Origin: Alphaproteobacteria bacterium
Lineage (GTDB): Bacteria; Pseudomonadota; Alphaproteobacteria; Rickettsiales; VGDC01
Assembly (NCBI GenBank): GCA_016869895.1
Contig: VGDC01000001.1
Span: 1-31,845 of the forward strand
Length of the DNA: 31,845 nt
Reading direction: 5' to 3'
Of the stretch, positions 10,987-20,365 are shown piece after piece; positions within the stretch are counted from its first letter, which is position 1; each line of letters opens with the position of its first letter. The notes below the pieces were generated by a model that saw only the letters and a list, made by a program, of their open reading frames with translations, had not been told where the DNA came from and ran no database searches. The position numbers and the translations under genes are program-made.

Positions 10987-11505
10987 ATGGCCAATCCGCA
11001 CCGCGGCGAGGTGACACTCACCTTCGCCGGAAGAACTTGCACCCTCCGCCCCACCTTCCATATCCTCGCTACCTTAGAGCAACGCCTCGGCCTCACCCTT
11101 TCGCAGCTGCTTTGCAGGGTCGAAGATAAGGGATTATTGGCGAGCGAAATGCTCATCATCCTTTCCCTCGCCACGCGGCATGATGGCTCTGCGCCATTCG
11201 ATTCCGATGCAGCGATGCGTCTTCCCGCCGAAGACGATTCCCTCAAAAAAGCCATGCCTTTTATCGCGCGTTTTCTCATCGGCGCGATGGGCGGTGAACC
11301 CTCCCTCGATTTTCCTCGCCTGATGCATCTGGCACAGGTGAATCTGGGTATCAATCCCGAAGAATTCTGGAAAATGAGCATTGTTGAATTATCCGCGCTC
11401 CTTGCACCCGTTTCGGCTAGGGTCGATGCTTCAAGAGGCGCAGAAATACCGCAGTCAGAGCTATATGCCCTGATGGCACAATTTCCCGATAATCATGCAG
11501 CATAA
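10987..11505 (+). CDS. GTA-type tail assembly chaperone: RcGTA g10-like N-terminus fused to g10.1/TAC-like C-terminus
   Basis: N-terminus MANPHRGEV...LRPTF..LA.LE resembles g10; C-terminus LDFPRLM...LGINPEEFWKMSIVEL...LMAQFPD resembles g10.1 chaperones. Confidence 0.8.
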   Translation: MANPHRGEVTLTFAGRTCTLRPTFHILATLEQRLGLTLSQLLCRVEDKGLLASEMLIILSLATRHDGSAPFDSDAAMRLPAEDDSLKKAMPFIARFLIGAMGGEPSLDFPRLMHLAQVNLGINPEEFWKMSIVELSALLAPVSARVDASRGAEIPQSELYALMAQFPDNHAA

Positions 11506-12002
11506 TGGGGGTAAGTATGAGTGAATTGCGATTAAGCGATGTGGTGCGCACGGAAGTCGAACAATTGGAACAATACGGCGAAGCGGCACAGGAATTTTTC
11601 ATCACTTTGTCAGGTGAAATCCGCGAAGAGTTCAGCGCGTCCTTAAACAAAATCCTCACAGGTGAATTGGCGAATTTCCAGACGCAGGCCAACCGTTCTT
11701 TGGCGACTTCGGGTTATACCACGGCAGGCAATCTGCTCGGCAATCTCGCGGGGGATTTGCTGGGAGGATTACTGCCCGATAACCTTTTCGGCGGGGTGTA
11801 TGGCGCGGCCATCAACGGCGCGGTGCGCGCGGCGGTGTCGGATTATCTGCGCACCGGATCGGTGGATATGCGCCGTGTGGTGACGGGCGCGAACAGCAGC
11901 GGCGGCAGCGTGCTTTCCCGCCAGAACAGCCTGAATCTCAGCGCAGGCCAACAATCCGCCGAAGCCGCCGCCGCGCTCCAGCGCGCACAGCGCAATCTTT
12001 AA
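11505..12002 (+). CDS. Short GTA-like tail tape-measure protein (g11-like)
   Basis: Coupled to the chaperone gene (TAATG overlap); Gly/Leu/Ala-rich middle; C-terminus SAGQQSAEAAAALQRAQRNL resembles g11 C-termini. Confidence 0.65.
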   Translation: MGVSMSELRLSDVVRTEVEQLEQYGEAAQEFFITLSGEIREEFSASLNKILTGELANFQTQANRSLATSGYTTAGNLLGNLAGDLLGGLLPDNLFGGVYGAAINGAVRAAVSDYLRTGSVDMRRVVTGANSSGGSVLSRQNSLNLSAGQQSAEAAAALQRAQRNL

Positions 12003-14065
12003 GGCAGCACCTGCACATCGCGCTTCACCGCAGGGGGCAGGGCTTCCGATTTCGGATTCACTTCTTCCTGCGGTGTTTCTGCGGGTTTGGCGGGTTCACT
12101 CACTGCTTTCGACGTGTTCTCATTGGCGGGGATGAGTGCCTTCTCGCCCTTGCGGGTCGTCTCCGCCTTCGCCTGCGCGATGAGGGCTTTGCAGTTGCTA
12201 TCCTTGCCTTGACCGGGGTCGATGAACGCGAGGATACCCGCCACCGGAGTCAACACCGCCGACAAAGCCAGCGCCGCCCCGCCGCGCGCCGCCAGAGGCA
12301 TCGCTTCCACCCCCGGACTGGGGGATTTCAGCGTGCCTTTCACCGTGATGGGCGTGCGCAGCGACACCAGCGACACGTCCTTCGGCTGCGGCACGAAACG
12401 CAGGTTCATCGCTTCCGTCTCAAGGTCTATCGTACCTTCGCCTTGGATGTTCGTGTCATCCGTATCGATGACGAGGGTTTTCGAGTTCAACACCCCGTCC
12501 TTCACATCGAAATGCCCGAGGATGCAGTTCACCGCCACGGTTCGGTCGCCGCCGCCGAGGAACACCCCGACGGACTGGAAGACGTCCAGCCCCGCCAGTT
12601 CCACCAGCAGGTGGCTGATGCGCCCACCATCCATGCCGATGCCCACCGTGCCGTTGGAGGTGGAGAGGATTTCATGCAGGCTCGCACCTTTCCCCTCCAG
12701 CTTCGCCGCCCCGCCGATGTACCCTTCCGCTTCGCCGAGGCTTCCCAACAGTTCATTCAGCGACAGGCGCGTGAAGCGGAAATCCGCCTGTGCGGCCATC
12801 GGCTGCTGGCGCGAATCCACCCGCATGGTCAAGGCCACATTGCCTTTCGCCGTCCCGAATTTCACGGGGTCGATGCGCAGGATGCGGTCATCCAGCGTCA
12901 CATGCAGGAAGAAATCATCCAGCGGCCAGCCCGGCGCGATGATGGATTTGCCGGTCAGCGTCACATCCGCATCCATCGCGGAAAGGCGGCTGACATCCAG
13001 CGGCACATCGGGGATAGCGCGCGGGCTTTGCGCCTGTTTCGCGGCTTCTGCCTTCTGTTCTGGGGTCACCGCCTCTTCCGGCGCAAGGCCGATGAGCGGG
13101 CCAAGGTCGTTGAAGTCCAGCTTCTGCGACACGAAATGCGCCGTCAGTTTCGGGCGGTCGCCGGTGGGATCCCACGTCAGATCCCCGCCGATATCGCTAT
13201 TACCCATCGTGCCTTTGAACGGGTTGAACCGCCAGATAGCATCCGCATAGTTTAGCTGTCCAGTCACCTCATAAGGGGGGGTAGGGGGCAGGGCGATACC
13301 GAAGATGGGGAAGAGGTCAGCTGCGTTGCCGCCTTTGATGGATAGGTTGATGTCCATCCCTGCGAAATTGGTGGGGTCTTGCACCGTGCCTTTGGCTTTG
13401 ATGTCCGTGTGGCCGATGTTCAGCGCGATGTCCACGGGGAAGGGCTTGTCCTCCTGCACGGTCAGCAGCGAGCCGCCGGTGGCCTTCAGCAGGAACGGGT
13501 TCTTCTGGTAATTCCCCTTGCCGCTCACATGGATGTTCTCACCCTCGGTGCGCGCTTCGATGTTGATGTCGATGTCCTGCAAGGCATCCAGATATGCCAC
13601 GCTGCTATTTTCGATATGCAACTGGCCGATGACGGGCATATCCGCCTCATCCTGATTACCGCGCTCCGGCTTCTCTTTACCCAGCGACCAGTTCGCGTCG
13701 CCATCGCCTTTGCGCTCCAGCGATACTTGGCTATCCACCAGCACGATTTTCGGGAACACCAGATCGCCGATGAGCAGCGGCAGCGGCTTCACGGAAATCT
13801 CGAACCGCCCGATATCCGCCATATTCTCCGCGCGACCGCCCTCGAAATTGGCGATGCGCAGTTCCGTCACCCGCAAGGTCGGTGGCCACGCGGGCAGGAA
13901 TCCGATGCCGCCTTTCAGCTCCACCTCGCGGTCGAGCGCGTTCGTGGCGATTTGCGAGATGTGTCGCTTGCCGCTGTCCGTGTTCGCATAGAGCAACACC
14001 CCTGCGGTGAGGACAAGCAGAAGAACGAGCAGACCGAAGAGGCCGAGGAGGATTTTTTTCAGCAT
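11999..14065 (-). CDS. AsmA-family (YhjG-like) membrane-anchored protein
   Basis: N-terminal TM, R..DG.ANW motif, G..G.SD..G.L, C-terminal DT.DT.I.G.G.IDL..E...L...P.PKD.SL.SLRTPI.V.GT. Confidence 0.88.
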   Translation of the reverse strand: MLKKILLGLFGLLVLLLVLTAGVLLYANTDSGKRHISQIATNALDREVELKGGIGFLPAWPPTLRVTELRIANFEGGRAENMADIGRFEISVKPLPLLIGDLVFPKIVLVDSQVSLERKGDGDANWSLGKEKPERGNQDEADMPVIGQLHIENSSVAYLDALQDIDINIEARTEGENIHVSGKGNYQKNPFLLKATGGSLLTVQEDKPFPVDIALNIGHTDIKAKGTVQDPTNFAGMDINLSIKGGNAADLFPIFGIALPPTPPYEVTGQLNYADAIWRFNPFKGTMGNSDIGGDLTWDPTGDRPKLTAHFVSQKLDFNDLGPLIGLAPEEAVTPEQKAEAAKQAQSPRAIPDVPLDVSRLSAMDADVTLTGKSIIAPGWPLDDFFLHVTLDDRILRIDPVKFGTAKGNVALTMRVDSRQQPMAAQADFRFTRLSLNELLGSLGEAEGYIGGAAKLEGKGASLHEILSTSNGTVGIGMDGGRISHLLVELAGLDVFQSVGVFLGGGDRTVAVNCILGHFDVKDGVLNSKTLVIDTDDTNIQGEGTIDLETEAMNLRFVPQPKDVSLVSLRTPITVKGTLKSPSPGVEAMPLAARGGAALALSAVLTPVAGILAFIDPGQGKDSNCKALIAQAKAETTRKGEKALIPANENTSKAVSEPAKPAETPQEEVNPKSEALPPAVKRDVQVLP

Positions 14066-14174
14066 GGCTTTAAGCGGCTTTGTTTAGGTTTCGGGCATGG
14101 GGTCGAATAATAACAGTAGGAATCATCACCTAAATTTACTATTAGGATGACAACACCAACCGTTCAGGCCACAC

Positions 14175-14975
14175 ATGCTTTCCTATCAACACATCTATCA
14201 CGCGGGCTGCATCGCCGATGTGCAGAAGCACATGGTGCAGGTGGCGGTGCTGCGCGCGCTGCTGGCCGAGGGCGGCGATGTGACCTATATGGAGACGCAC
14301 GCAGGCCGCGGGGTCTATGACCTCTCTTCCCCCGAAGCGCGCAAGACCGGCGAAGCGCGGGACGGCATCCTGCGCCTGCTGAAAGACAGGAAACTGGCGG
14401 CTGACCATCCCTATCTTTCGCTCATTTCCAAGACCCGTGGCATCTTCGGTGAGTCGTCCTATCCCGGCTCGCCCCTGTTGGCGCGTTTCCTGCTGGCAGA
14501 CCATTTGAAACAAGGCAAAGGCGAGATGCACCTGCATGACCTCCACCCGCAGGAATTCCGCGCTTTGCAGGAGAATGTGCACGGCAAGAACATCTATTTG
14601 CGTAAAGAGAACGGCTATGTCGGCACCATGCGCCATTCACCGCCCAAACGCGGTGGCAAAGGACTGGTGCTGATAGACCCTAGCTATGAGATAAAATCCG
14701 AATATGAGGAAGCTGCCTATTTCGTGCTGGATTTGCACGAGCGCTGGCCGGAAGCGGTGATTCTGCTGTGGTATCCCATGCTCAAGAATTTCCTCTTCGA
14801 GGACTTGGCGGATTATCTAGGCGATGCGGGATTACCCGGTTATCTGCATCATGCAGTGCGATTCGCCGACCCTGAAGACGTGCGCGGGATGTTCGGCAGC
14901 GGCATGATCGCCGTGAACCTTCCCAAAGGGCTGGATGCGGAGTTGAAGCTCATTTCAGGGCTGTTGAACGTGTGA
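14175..14975 (+). CDS. rlmJ: 23S rRNA m6A2030 methyltransferase
   Basis: MLSYQHIYHAG..ADV.KH, ETHAGRG.YDL, YPGSP, LIDPSYE, LWYP. Confidence 0.93.
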   Translation: MLSYQHIYHAGCIADVQKHMVQVAVLRALLAEGGDVTYMETHAGRGVYDLSSPEARKTGEARDGILRLLKDRKLAADHPYLSLISKTRGIFGESSYPGSPLLARFLLADHLKQGKGEMHLHDLHPQEFRALQENVHGKNIYLRKENGYVGTMRHSPPKRGGKGLVLIDPSYEIKSEYEEAAYFVLDLHERWPEAVILLWYPMLKNFLFEDLADYLGDAGLPGYLHHAVRFADPEDVRGMFGSGMIAVNLPKGLDAELKLISGLLNV

Positions 14976-15788
14976 CTTAGGTGGCGCAAACATCTTTTTT
15001 AATACTGGTTCGGATATAGTGCCAACCGCAAAAGAGCCCATGTTCAAAGAAGTTATAAATTTGTTTTCCGATGCAAAAGTGAATCGATCCTGGCCCGTTC
15101 TTCCTTTGTATAATTTCTTGTCGTATTCTAACAACCAAGGCAACTCTTTATCGATTCCTTCTGTTACCGAATCATCCGTCATTTCGATGGTGATGCTGTG
15201 CAGCTTCACGCCTTCGCCGAAGAACGCGGCGAAATTATCTTCTTTTACTTGCCTCTCTCGCCAACTAATCAATGGTTTCCCCCTTTTATCTTTAATAGGT
15301 TCAACTCCATAGACGTATTTGGCGCTCGCAGGGTCATTCATATCCGCGAACGTGACAAATGTGGGGTGCAAATAGACGGGTAAATCAGCTTTAGCTTTCA
15401 AATTAGAATAGTATTTAATAGCTGGCTTCAAGCATTGTCCGCCAGGGCCATGTGGATTCTCAAAAGTGTGATATACCAGTCTTGCAGCTTCGTTTGAAGG
15501 GTCGCTGCCTCCCAGAATTGCGAAGACCTTGCCGCGTGTGCCAAGGTCAACCACTACTGCTTCGCCTTTTGTTCTAAACGAGCATCCGCCGCTTAAGCCT
15601 ACAATCAAATTGTGCTGGCTTGTATTGTCACGCGAAGTCACCTTCCGCACGGCTGAACCGGATTTGATTCCTTCAGGCGTTTCCACCTTTACTGTGAGGC
15701 GGTAGTTATAGGTATCCGAATAACCGAAACCGACGCACCCTGAAAGGAGCATGGCCGATAGGCAGAGGAGGGCGAGGCGAAGTATCAT
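14955..15788 (-). CDS. Hypothetical lipoprotein, AT-rich
   Basis: Lipobox LLSGC after a hydrophobic signal; YRLTVKVETPEG..SGSAV motif; sampled 60-nt lines have 20/60 and 24/60 G+C. Confidence 0.75.
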   Translation of the reverse strand: MILRLALLCLSAMLLSGCVGFGYSDTYNYRLTVKVETPEGIKSGSAVRKVTSRDNTSQHNLIVGLSGGCSFRTKGEAVVVDLGTRGKVFAILGGSDPSNEAARLVYHTFENPHGPGGQCLKPAIKYYSNLKAKADLPVYLHPTFVTFADMNDPASAKYVYGVEPIKDKRGKPLISWRERQVKEDNFAAFFGEGVKLHSITIEMTDDSVTEGIDKELPWLLEYDKKLYKGRTGQDRFTFASENKFITSLNMGSFAVGTISEPVLKKMFAPPKSHVQQP

Positions 15789-15911
15789 AACAATCCTTGA
15801 AGGTTGCAAAGGCGGGCGGATTGCACTTACCCTAGCATGATGCGTAGCCTATGACAAATAGCCTCTTTATGCCTGCTCGTCATAGGCTTGCAGGATAACA
15901 AAGGTATTCCC

Positions 15912-16841
15912 ATGACTTTGAAGATTCTCGCGGCATCCGCAGGACAAGCCGTTAAAGACCGCTATACACAGACCGTGCACCGCCATCCCCGCGCCACGCG
16001 GCATCCCCGCGCGCTGGCCTTCACCCTGCGTGACCTCTTCATGACGGATTTGTTGATTTACGGTGGCTATGCGGCCTATACCATCATCCTCGCTCTGTTT
16101 CCCTTCATCATCTTTCTCCTCGCGCTGGCAAGTGTGGTCGGCACGCCGCAGCTGGCCAATGAGGTGATCGATTATGGCTTCGAGATTTTCCCCGAAGAGC
16201 TGGTGGGCATCCTCGCTCCCGTCGTGCGGGAAATCATGGCGAATAACGACACAGGCGTGATGACCGTCGCCGTCTTCGGTATCCTCTGGATTGCTTCATC
16301 GGGCGTGGAGGGCATGCGCTTCGGGTTGAACGTGATGTATGAGGCCACCGAATGCCGCCCGTTCTGGAAGCGCCGCTTGCAGAGCCTCGGTTTCGTGGTG
16401 CTTTCGGCGCTTGCGTTCCTGCTGTTGGCGACGCTGCTCATCATCTGGCCGGTGGCGGCGAAATGGCTGGGCGATTCGCTGCCCTTCCTCCATTCCTCCG
16501 CGCTGAACGTGTTGCGCTATCTGCTCGCCTTCGGGCTGCTCACATGGGGGCTGTCGATTCTGTATCGTTATCTCCCCTTCGGTCGCCGCCATATGAAAGA
16601 GGTCTGGCAGGGCGCGATAGCCGCCGCCATATTGTGGCTCATCATCGTCAGTCTCTTCGCGCTGTATCTCGTGAATTTCGAGGAATATACCCTGCGTTAC
16701 GGCAGCTTCGCGGGCGGCATCCTCACGCTGGTTTTCCTGCAGTTCACGGCTTCTGCCGTGCTCTTCGGCGGGCGGTACAATTTCCTCCTGAAGAAGATAC
16801 GCGAGGGCGACGCGGCGCGTAAGCCACTAAAATCGCTTTGA
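15912..16841 (+). CDS. YihY/virulence factor BrkB family membrane protein (start uncertain)
   Basis: AAYTIILALFPFIIFLL, LWIASSG...LN.MY, RPFWKRR, LYRYLP, Y...YGSFAG. Confidence 0.88.
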   Translation: MTLKILAASAGQAVKDRYTQTVHRHPRATRHPRALAFTLRDLFMTDLLIYGGYAAYTIILALFPFIIFLLALASVVGTPQLANEVIDYGFEIFPEELVGILAPVVREIMANNDTGVMTVAVFGILWIASSGVEGMRFGLNVMYEATECRPFWKRRLQSLGFVVLSALAFLLLATLLIIWPVAAKWLGDSLPFLHSSALNVLRYLLAFGLLTWGLSILYRYLPFGRRHMKEVWQGAIAAAILWLIIVSLFALYLVNFEEYTLRYGSFAGGILTLVFLQFTASAVLFGGRYNFLLKKIREGDAARKPLKSL

Positions 16842-16872
16842 TACGGGCAGGATTTAGCGTACAAATCCCTCC

Positions 16873-18501
16873 ATGGAACATCTGGATACGATACTGCTGC
16901 TGATGGCGCTGCTGGTGGGGCTATACTCCGTGGCGGATCGCGTCGGCGTGTCCTATCCCATCCTGCTGGTCATCGCGGGTCTGGGCATTAGCCTCATCCC
17001 TGAATTGCCGAATATCGAGCTTTCCTCCGAAGTCGCGCTGCTGCTGTTCCTGCCGCCCCTGCTGTTCGATGCGGCGCGCAACACCTCATGGCATGACTTC
17101 AAGCGCAACCGTGATTCCATCGGTCGCTTAGCGATTGGTCTGGTGCTGTTCACCACGGCGGGTGTGGCGGTCGCGGCGTATTACGTCATCCCCGGGTTCA
17201 CATGGCCTCTGGCCTTCGTGCTGGGGGCGATCGTCTCTCCGCCGGATGTGGTGGCGGCGACCAGTGCGCTCAAAGGCCTGCATCTGCCCAAGCGCTTAGT
17301 GGCGATTCTGGAAGGGGAGAGTCTGGTGAACGATGCCTCCGCGCTGATAGCGTATCGCTTCGCCGTAGCGGCGGTGGTCACGGGCAGTTTCGCCTTTTGG
17401 GACGCGGCGTTGGAGTTCGTGCTGGTGGCGGTGGCGGGTGTCGCCATGGGCGTGTCGCTGGCCTATGTCTATACCCAACTCCAAAAGAAATTCCTGAACA
17501 ATCCTACTGTCGAGACGGTGACGACGGTGCTGCTGCCCTTCGTGGCCTATCTTTTCGCGGAATACCTGCATGTGTCGGGGGTCTTGTCGGTCGTTGCGGC
17601 GGGGCTGTATGTCTCGTGGCGCGCCCATGAGCTATTCTCCTTCCAGACGCGCATGCAGATGAACAATTTCTGGGAGACGATGATTTTCCTGCTCAACGGC
17701 TTCGTGTTCATCCTCATCGGCTTGCAGCTGCCCGACATCATGGACGACCTCGGCAACCGCCCCGTGCTGGAGATGGTGGGTTACGGCCTGCTCATCAGCG
17801 CGGTGGTCATCGTCATCCGCATCCTCTGGGTCTTCCCCACCGTCCACATCGCTAACTGGCTCAGCCGTAATCGCGGGGGTATCTCCGGCGGTGCGGCGGT
17901 CACGAACAACCGCCACCTCTTCCTCCTCAGCTGGGCGGGCATGCGCGGCGTGGTCTCGCTGGCGGCGGCGCTGGCTTTGCCCGTCACACTTGCCAACGGG
18001 GTGGATTTCCCCCAGCGCAATGTCATCCTCTTCATCACCTTCGTGGTCATTCTGGTGACGCTGGTGTTCCAAGGTCTCACCATCCCGTTCCTCGTGCGCT
18101 GGTTAGGGATAGAAGAGCCTGAGGAGAAGACCACCACCGAGGAACGCCGCCTGCGCCTTGCTATGGCGAACAGCACCCTTGCGCTCATTGATGAATCTCT
18201 CGCCCATCACACGCCTAAAGCCGTGCTGGACGAAGTGCGTGGCCGTCTGCAACGTCAGGTGAGTTACTTCAACGGCGTGTTGCAGACCAAGGCCAACTGC
18301 AAGACGCTGGAAGCGCAGCGCGAGCAGTTCCGCCATTACCTTCAATCCGAACGCGCGGTGATAGACCACCAGCGCGCCTTCCTTGTGCAGATGCATAAGA
18401 AGGGCGTGTTCAGCGCGGAAGTGCTGCGGAAAATCGAGCAGGATCTCGACACCCGCAGCATGGATTTGCAGAGCAAGATTAAAGCCTTCGCCAGCGAATA
18501 G
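16873..18501 (+). CDS. Na+/H+ antiporter, CPA1 family
   Basis: LFLPPLLF, LGAIVSPPD, ILEGESLVNDAS, SGVLSVVAAG, AGMRGVVSLAAAL. Confidence 0.94.
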   Translation: MEHLDTILLLMALLVGLYSVADRVGVSYPILLVIAGLGISLIPELPNIELSSEVALLLFLPPLLFDAARNTSWHDFKRNRDSIGRLAIGLVLFTTAGVAVAAYYVIPGFTWPLAFVLGAIVSPPDVVAATSALKGLHLPKRLVAILEGESLVNDASALIAYRFAVAAVVTGSFAFWDAALEFVLVAVAGVAMGVSLAYVYTQLQKKFLNNPTVETVTTVLLPFVAYLFAEYLHVSGVLSVVAAGLYVSWRAHELFSFQTRMQMNNFWETMIFLLNGFVFILIGLQLPDIMDDLGNRPVLEMVGYGLLISAVVIVIRILWVFPTVHIANWLSRNRGGISGGAAVTNNRHLFLLSWAGMRGVVSLAAALALPVTLANGVDFPQRNVILFITFVVILVTLVFQGLTIPFLVRWLGIEEPEEKTTTEERRLRLAMANSTLALIDESLAHHTPKAVLDEVRGRLQRQVSYFNGVLQTKANCKTLEAQREQFRHYLQSERAVIDHQRAFLVQMHKKGVFSAEVLRKIEQDLDTRSMDLQSKIKAFASE

Positions 18502-18555
18502 GCTTCCCCCGAAGCATATGGAAAATTTGCGCGGGCAAACGGCATAGTGGGTGCT

Positions 18556-19614
18556 ATGTTGCACCAGAACCCGACAGAACCCGTCACCTCCCACTACTCC
18601 GAAGCCATCTGCCGTGATGTCGCTTCCGAGGCGGGCTTGCGCTATGTGAAGGACACCATCCCCGGCATCCGCCGCAAGCGCGCGGGCAAGGGGTTCACCT
18701 ATGTCGATGCCAAAGGCGCGAAGGTGACAGACCCTAAGACCCTTGCGCGCATCCGCTCTCTGGTGTTGCCTCCGGCGTATGACCGCGTGTGGATTTGCCC
18801 TTACCCGAACGGTCATCTGCAAGCCACGGGGTTCGATGCCAAAGGCCGCAAGCAATACCGCTACCATCCCGATTGGTCTGCCGCCCGCGATGGCAGCAAG
18901 TTCGACCGTCTGGTGGAGTTCGGCGCCGTGCTCCCCGCACTCCGCGCCCATGTCGAGGCGCAACTGCGCAAGCAGGAGCTCACCCGCGAGCGCGTCCTCG
19001 CGGGGCTGATTTACATCATGGACAAATGCTACATCCGTGTCGGCAACCCCACCTATTCCGAGCAGCACAACACCTTCGGGTTGACGACCCTTCGCCGCCG
19101 CCATGTGCAGGTGCAGGGCGACACCGTGGCCTTCACTTTCAATGGCAAGAACGGCACGCCGTGGGACATCTCCCTCAAAGACCGCCGCTTGGTGCGGTTG
19201 CTGAAGCAATGTTCTGAGATTCCGGGCTATCAGGTCTTCAAATACCGTGACGAGAACGGCGCGAAGCAGACCGTCAGCTCACAGGATTTGAACGAATACC
19301 TCCGCGAAGTCACCGGCGGTGCTTTCACCGCGAAGGACTTCCGCACATGGGCGGCCTGTTCCGAAGCCTTCAGCCGCTTCTCCGCCATGCCCGTGCCCCA
19401 GACCGTGAAGGAGCGCAAAGCCATCTCCCGCGCCATCGTGCGCGAGGTGGCCAACACCTTGGGGCACACGCAGGCCGTCTGCAAGAAGGCCTATCTCCAC
19501 CCCCAGCTCGTCACTTCATGGGAAGACGGCGCGCTCAGCGCATGGTGCGCCCAGCGCAAAGGAAAACAGGGGGAGGAGCTCTTCCTGCTCTGGTGGAAAG
19601 CCCATATACTTTAG
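18556..19614 (+). CDS. DNA topoisomerase IB (bacterial/poxvirus-like)
   Basis: PPAY..VWIC....GHLQATG.DAKGRKQYRYH, IRVGN, GKNG, TAKDFRTW, LGHT...KKAY; alternative GTG start at 18547. Confidence 0.94.
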   Translation: MLHQNPTEPVTSHYSEAICRDVASEAGLRYVKDTIPGIRRKRAGKGFTYVDAKGAKVTDPKTLARIRSLVLPPAYDRVWICPYPNGHLQATGFDAKGRKQYRYHPDWSAARDGSKFDRLVEFGAVLPALRAHVEAQLRKQELTRERVLAGLIYIMDKCYIRVGNPTYSEQHNTFGLTTLRRRHVQVQGDTVAFTFNGKNGTPWDISLKDRRLVRLLKQCSEIPGYQVFKYRDENGAKQTVSSQDLNEYLREVTGGAFTAKDFRTWAACSEAFSRFSAMPVPQTVKERKAISRAIVREVANTLGHTQAVCKKAYLHPQLVTSWEDGALSAWCAQRKGKQGEELFLLWWKAHIL

Positions 19615-19630
19615 GTAAAAAACCGCTTTT

Positions 19631-20365
19631 TCAGGATGCGGGCTTGTCGCGCATGCCCACGCGCCCCACGAAGGGCAGTTTGAATGCGGGGCGCAGCACG
19701 TCCACGCCGAAGTTCAGCCCCAGCACATTCACTTCCACGCCTTCGCCCAATCCCACCGTGCAACCCAGCACGCCGAAGAGCGACAGCTGCACGCCCGTGC
19801 CGGATTCGGAGCGCGCGAAGACTTTCCCGTGGTTTATCCAGTCCTTGCCGATGGCGTTGGAGGGAAGCTCCACGCCGATTTCCGGCGTGTTGCGCAGGAT
19901 ATGCGAGATGAACGTGTTGCTGTTCGGCCCTGGCCAAACGCGATAGCTCATCGGATAAGGATAGCTCTTCGCCGCCGCCGCGATTTTGGGGATGGCCGCC
20001 TCTGCGCGCGCACCCTTCAATTCCGCGACGAGGCTCGGTTTCGCACCATACCACGCGCGGTCGGGCACATCCTGTTTCACATCCACCACCGACAGGTTGC
20101 GGCGCAGGTTGAACCCCATCACATGATAGGTCGTATAGAACTCCGCGTCCTTCTCCTTCGTCGCTATCCAGCTATGCACCGCGAAATAGCCGCGCCAGTC
20201 GAATGCCCGCGCCGAATAGACATGCACGATGGCATCCCGCTCGATCTGCGGCGAGGGGGCTAGGCCTGCGCTGGAGCGGTCTGCCGTGCGCCAATCGGGG
20301 CGGTTGCATGCCGAAAGCACGAAGAGCATGGCGAAGAAGGCGAGCGAGATGGTCAGGAATTGCAT
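19631..20365 (-). CDS. DUF3750-like protein with lipoprotein-like signal
   Basis: W..A..SSAGLAP, VY.ARAF.WRG.FAVHSWI, YRVWPGPNSNTF, LPSNAIGKD; lipobox-like LSAC. Confidence 0.8.
   Translation of the reverse strand: MQFLTISLAFFAMLFVLSACNRPDWRTADRSSAGLAPSPQIERDAIVHVYSARAFDWRGYFAVHSWIATKEKDAEFYTTYHVMGFNLRRNLSVVDVKQDVPDRAWYGAKPSLVAELKGARAEAAIPKIAAAAKSYPYPMSYRVWPGPNSNTFISHILRNTPEIGVELPSNAIGKDWINHGKVFARSESGTGVQLSLFGVLGCTVGLGEGVEVNVLGLNFGVDVLRPAFKLPFVGRVGMRDKPAS

Noticed and set aside
10987-12002. Intact prophage or integrated element
   Set aside because: No integrase, att repeats, terminase or capsid genes; flanked by core genes
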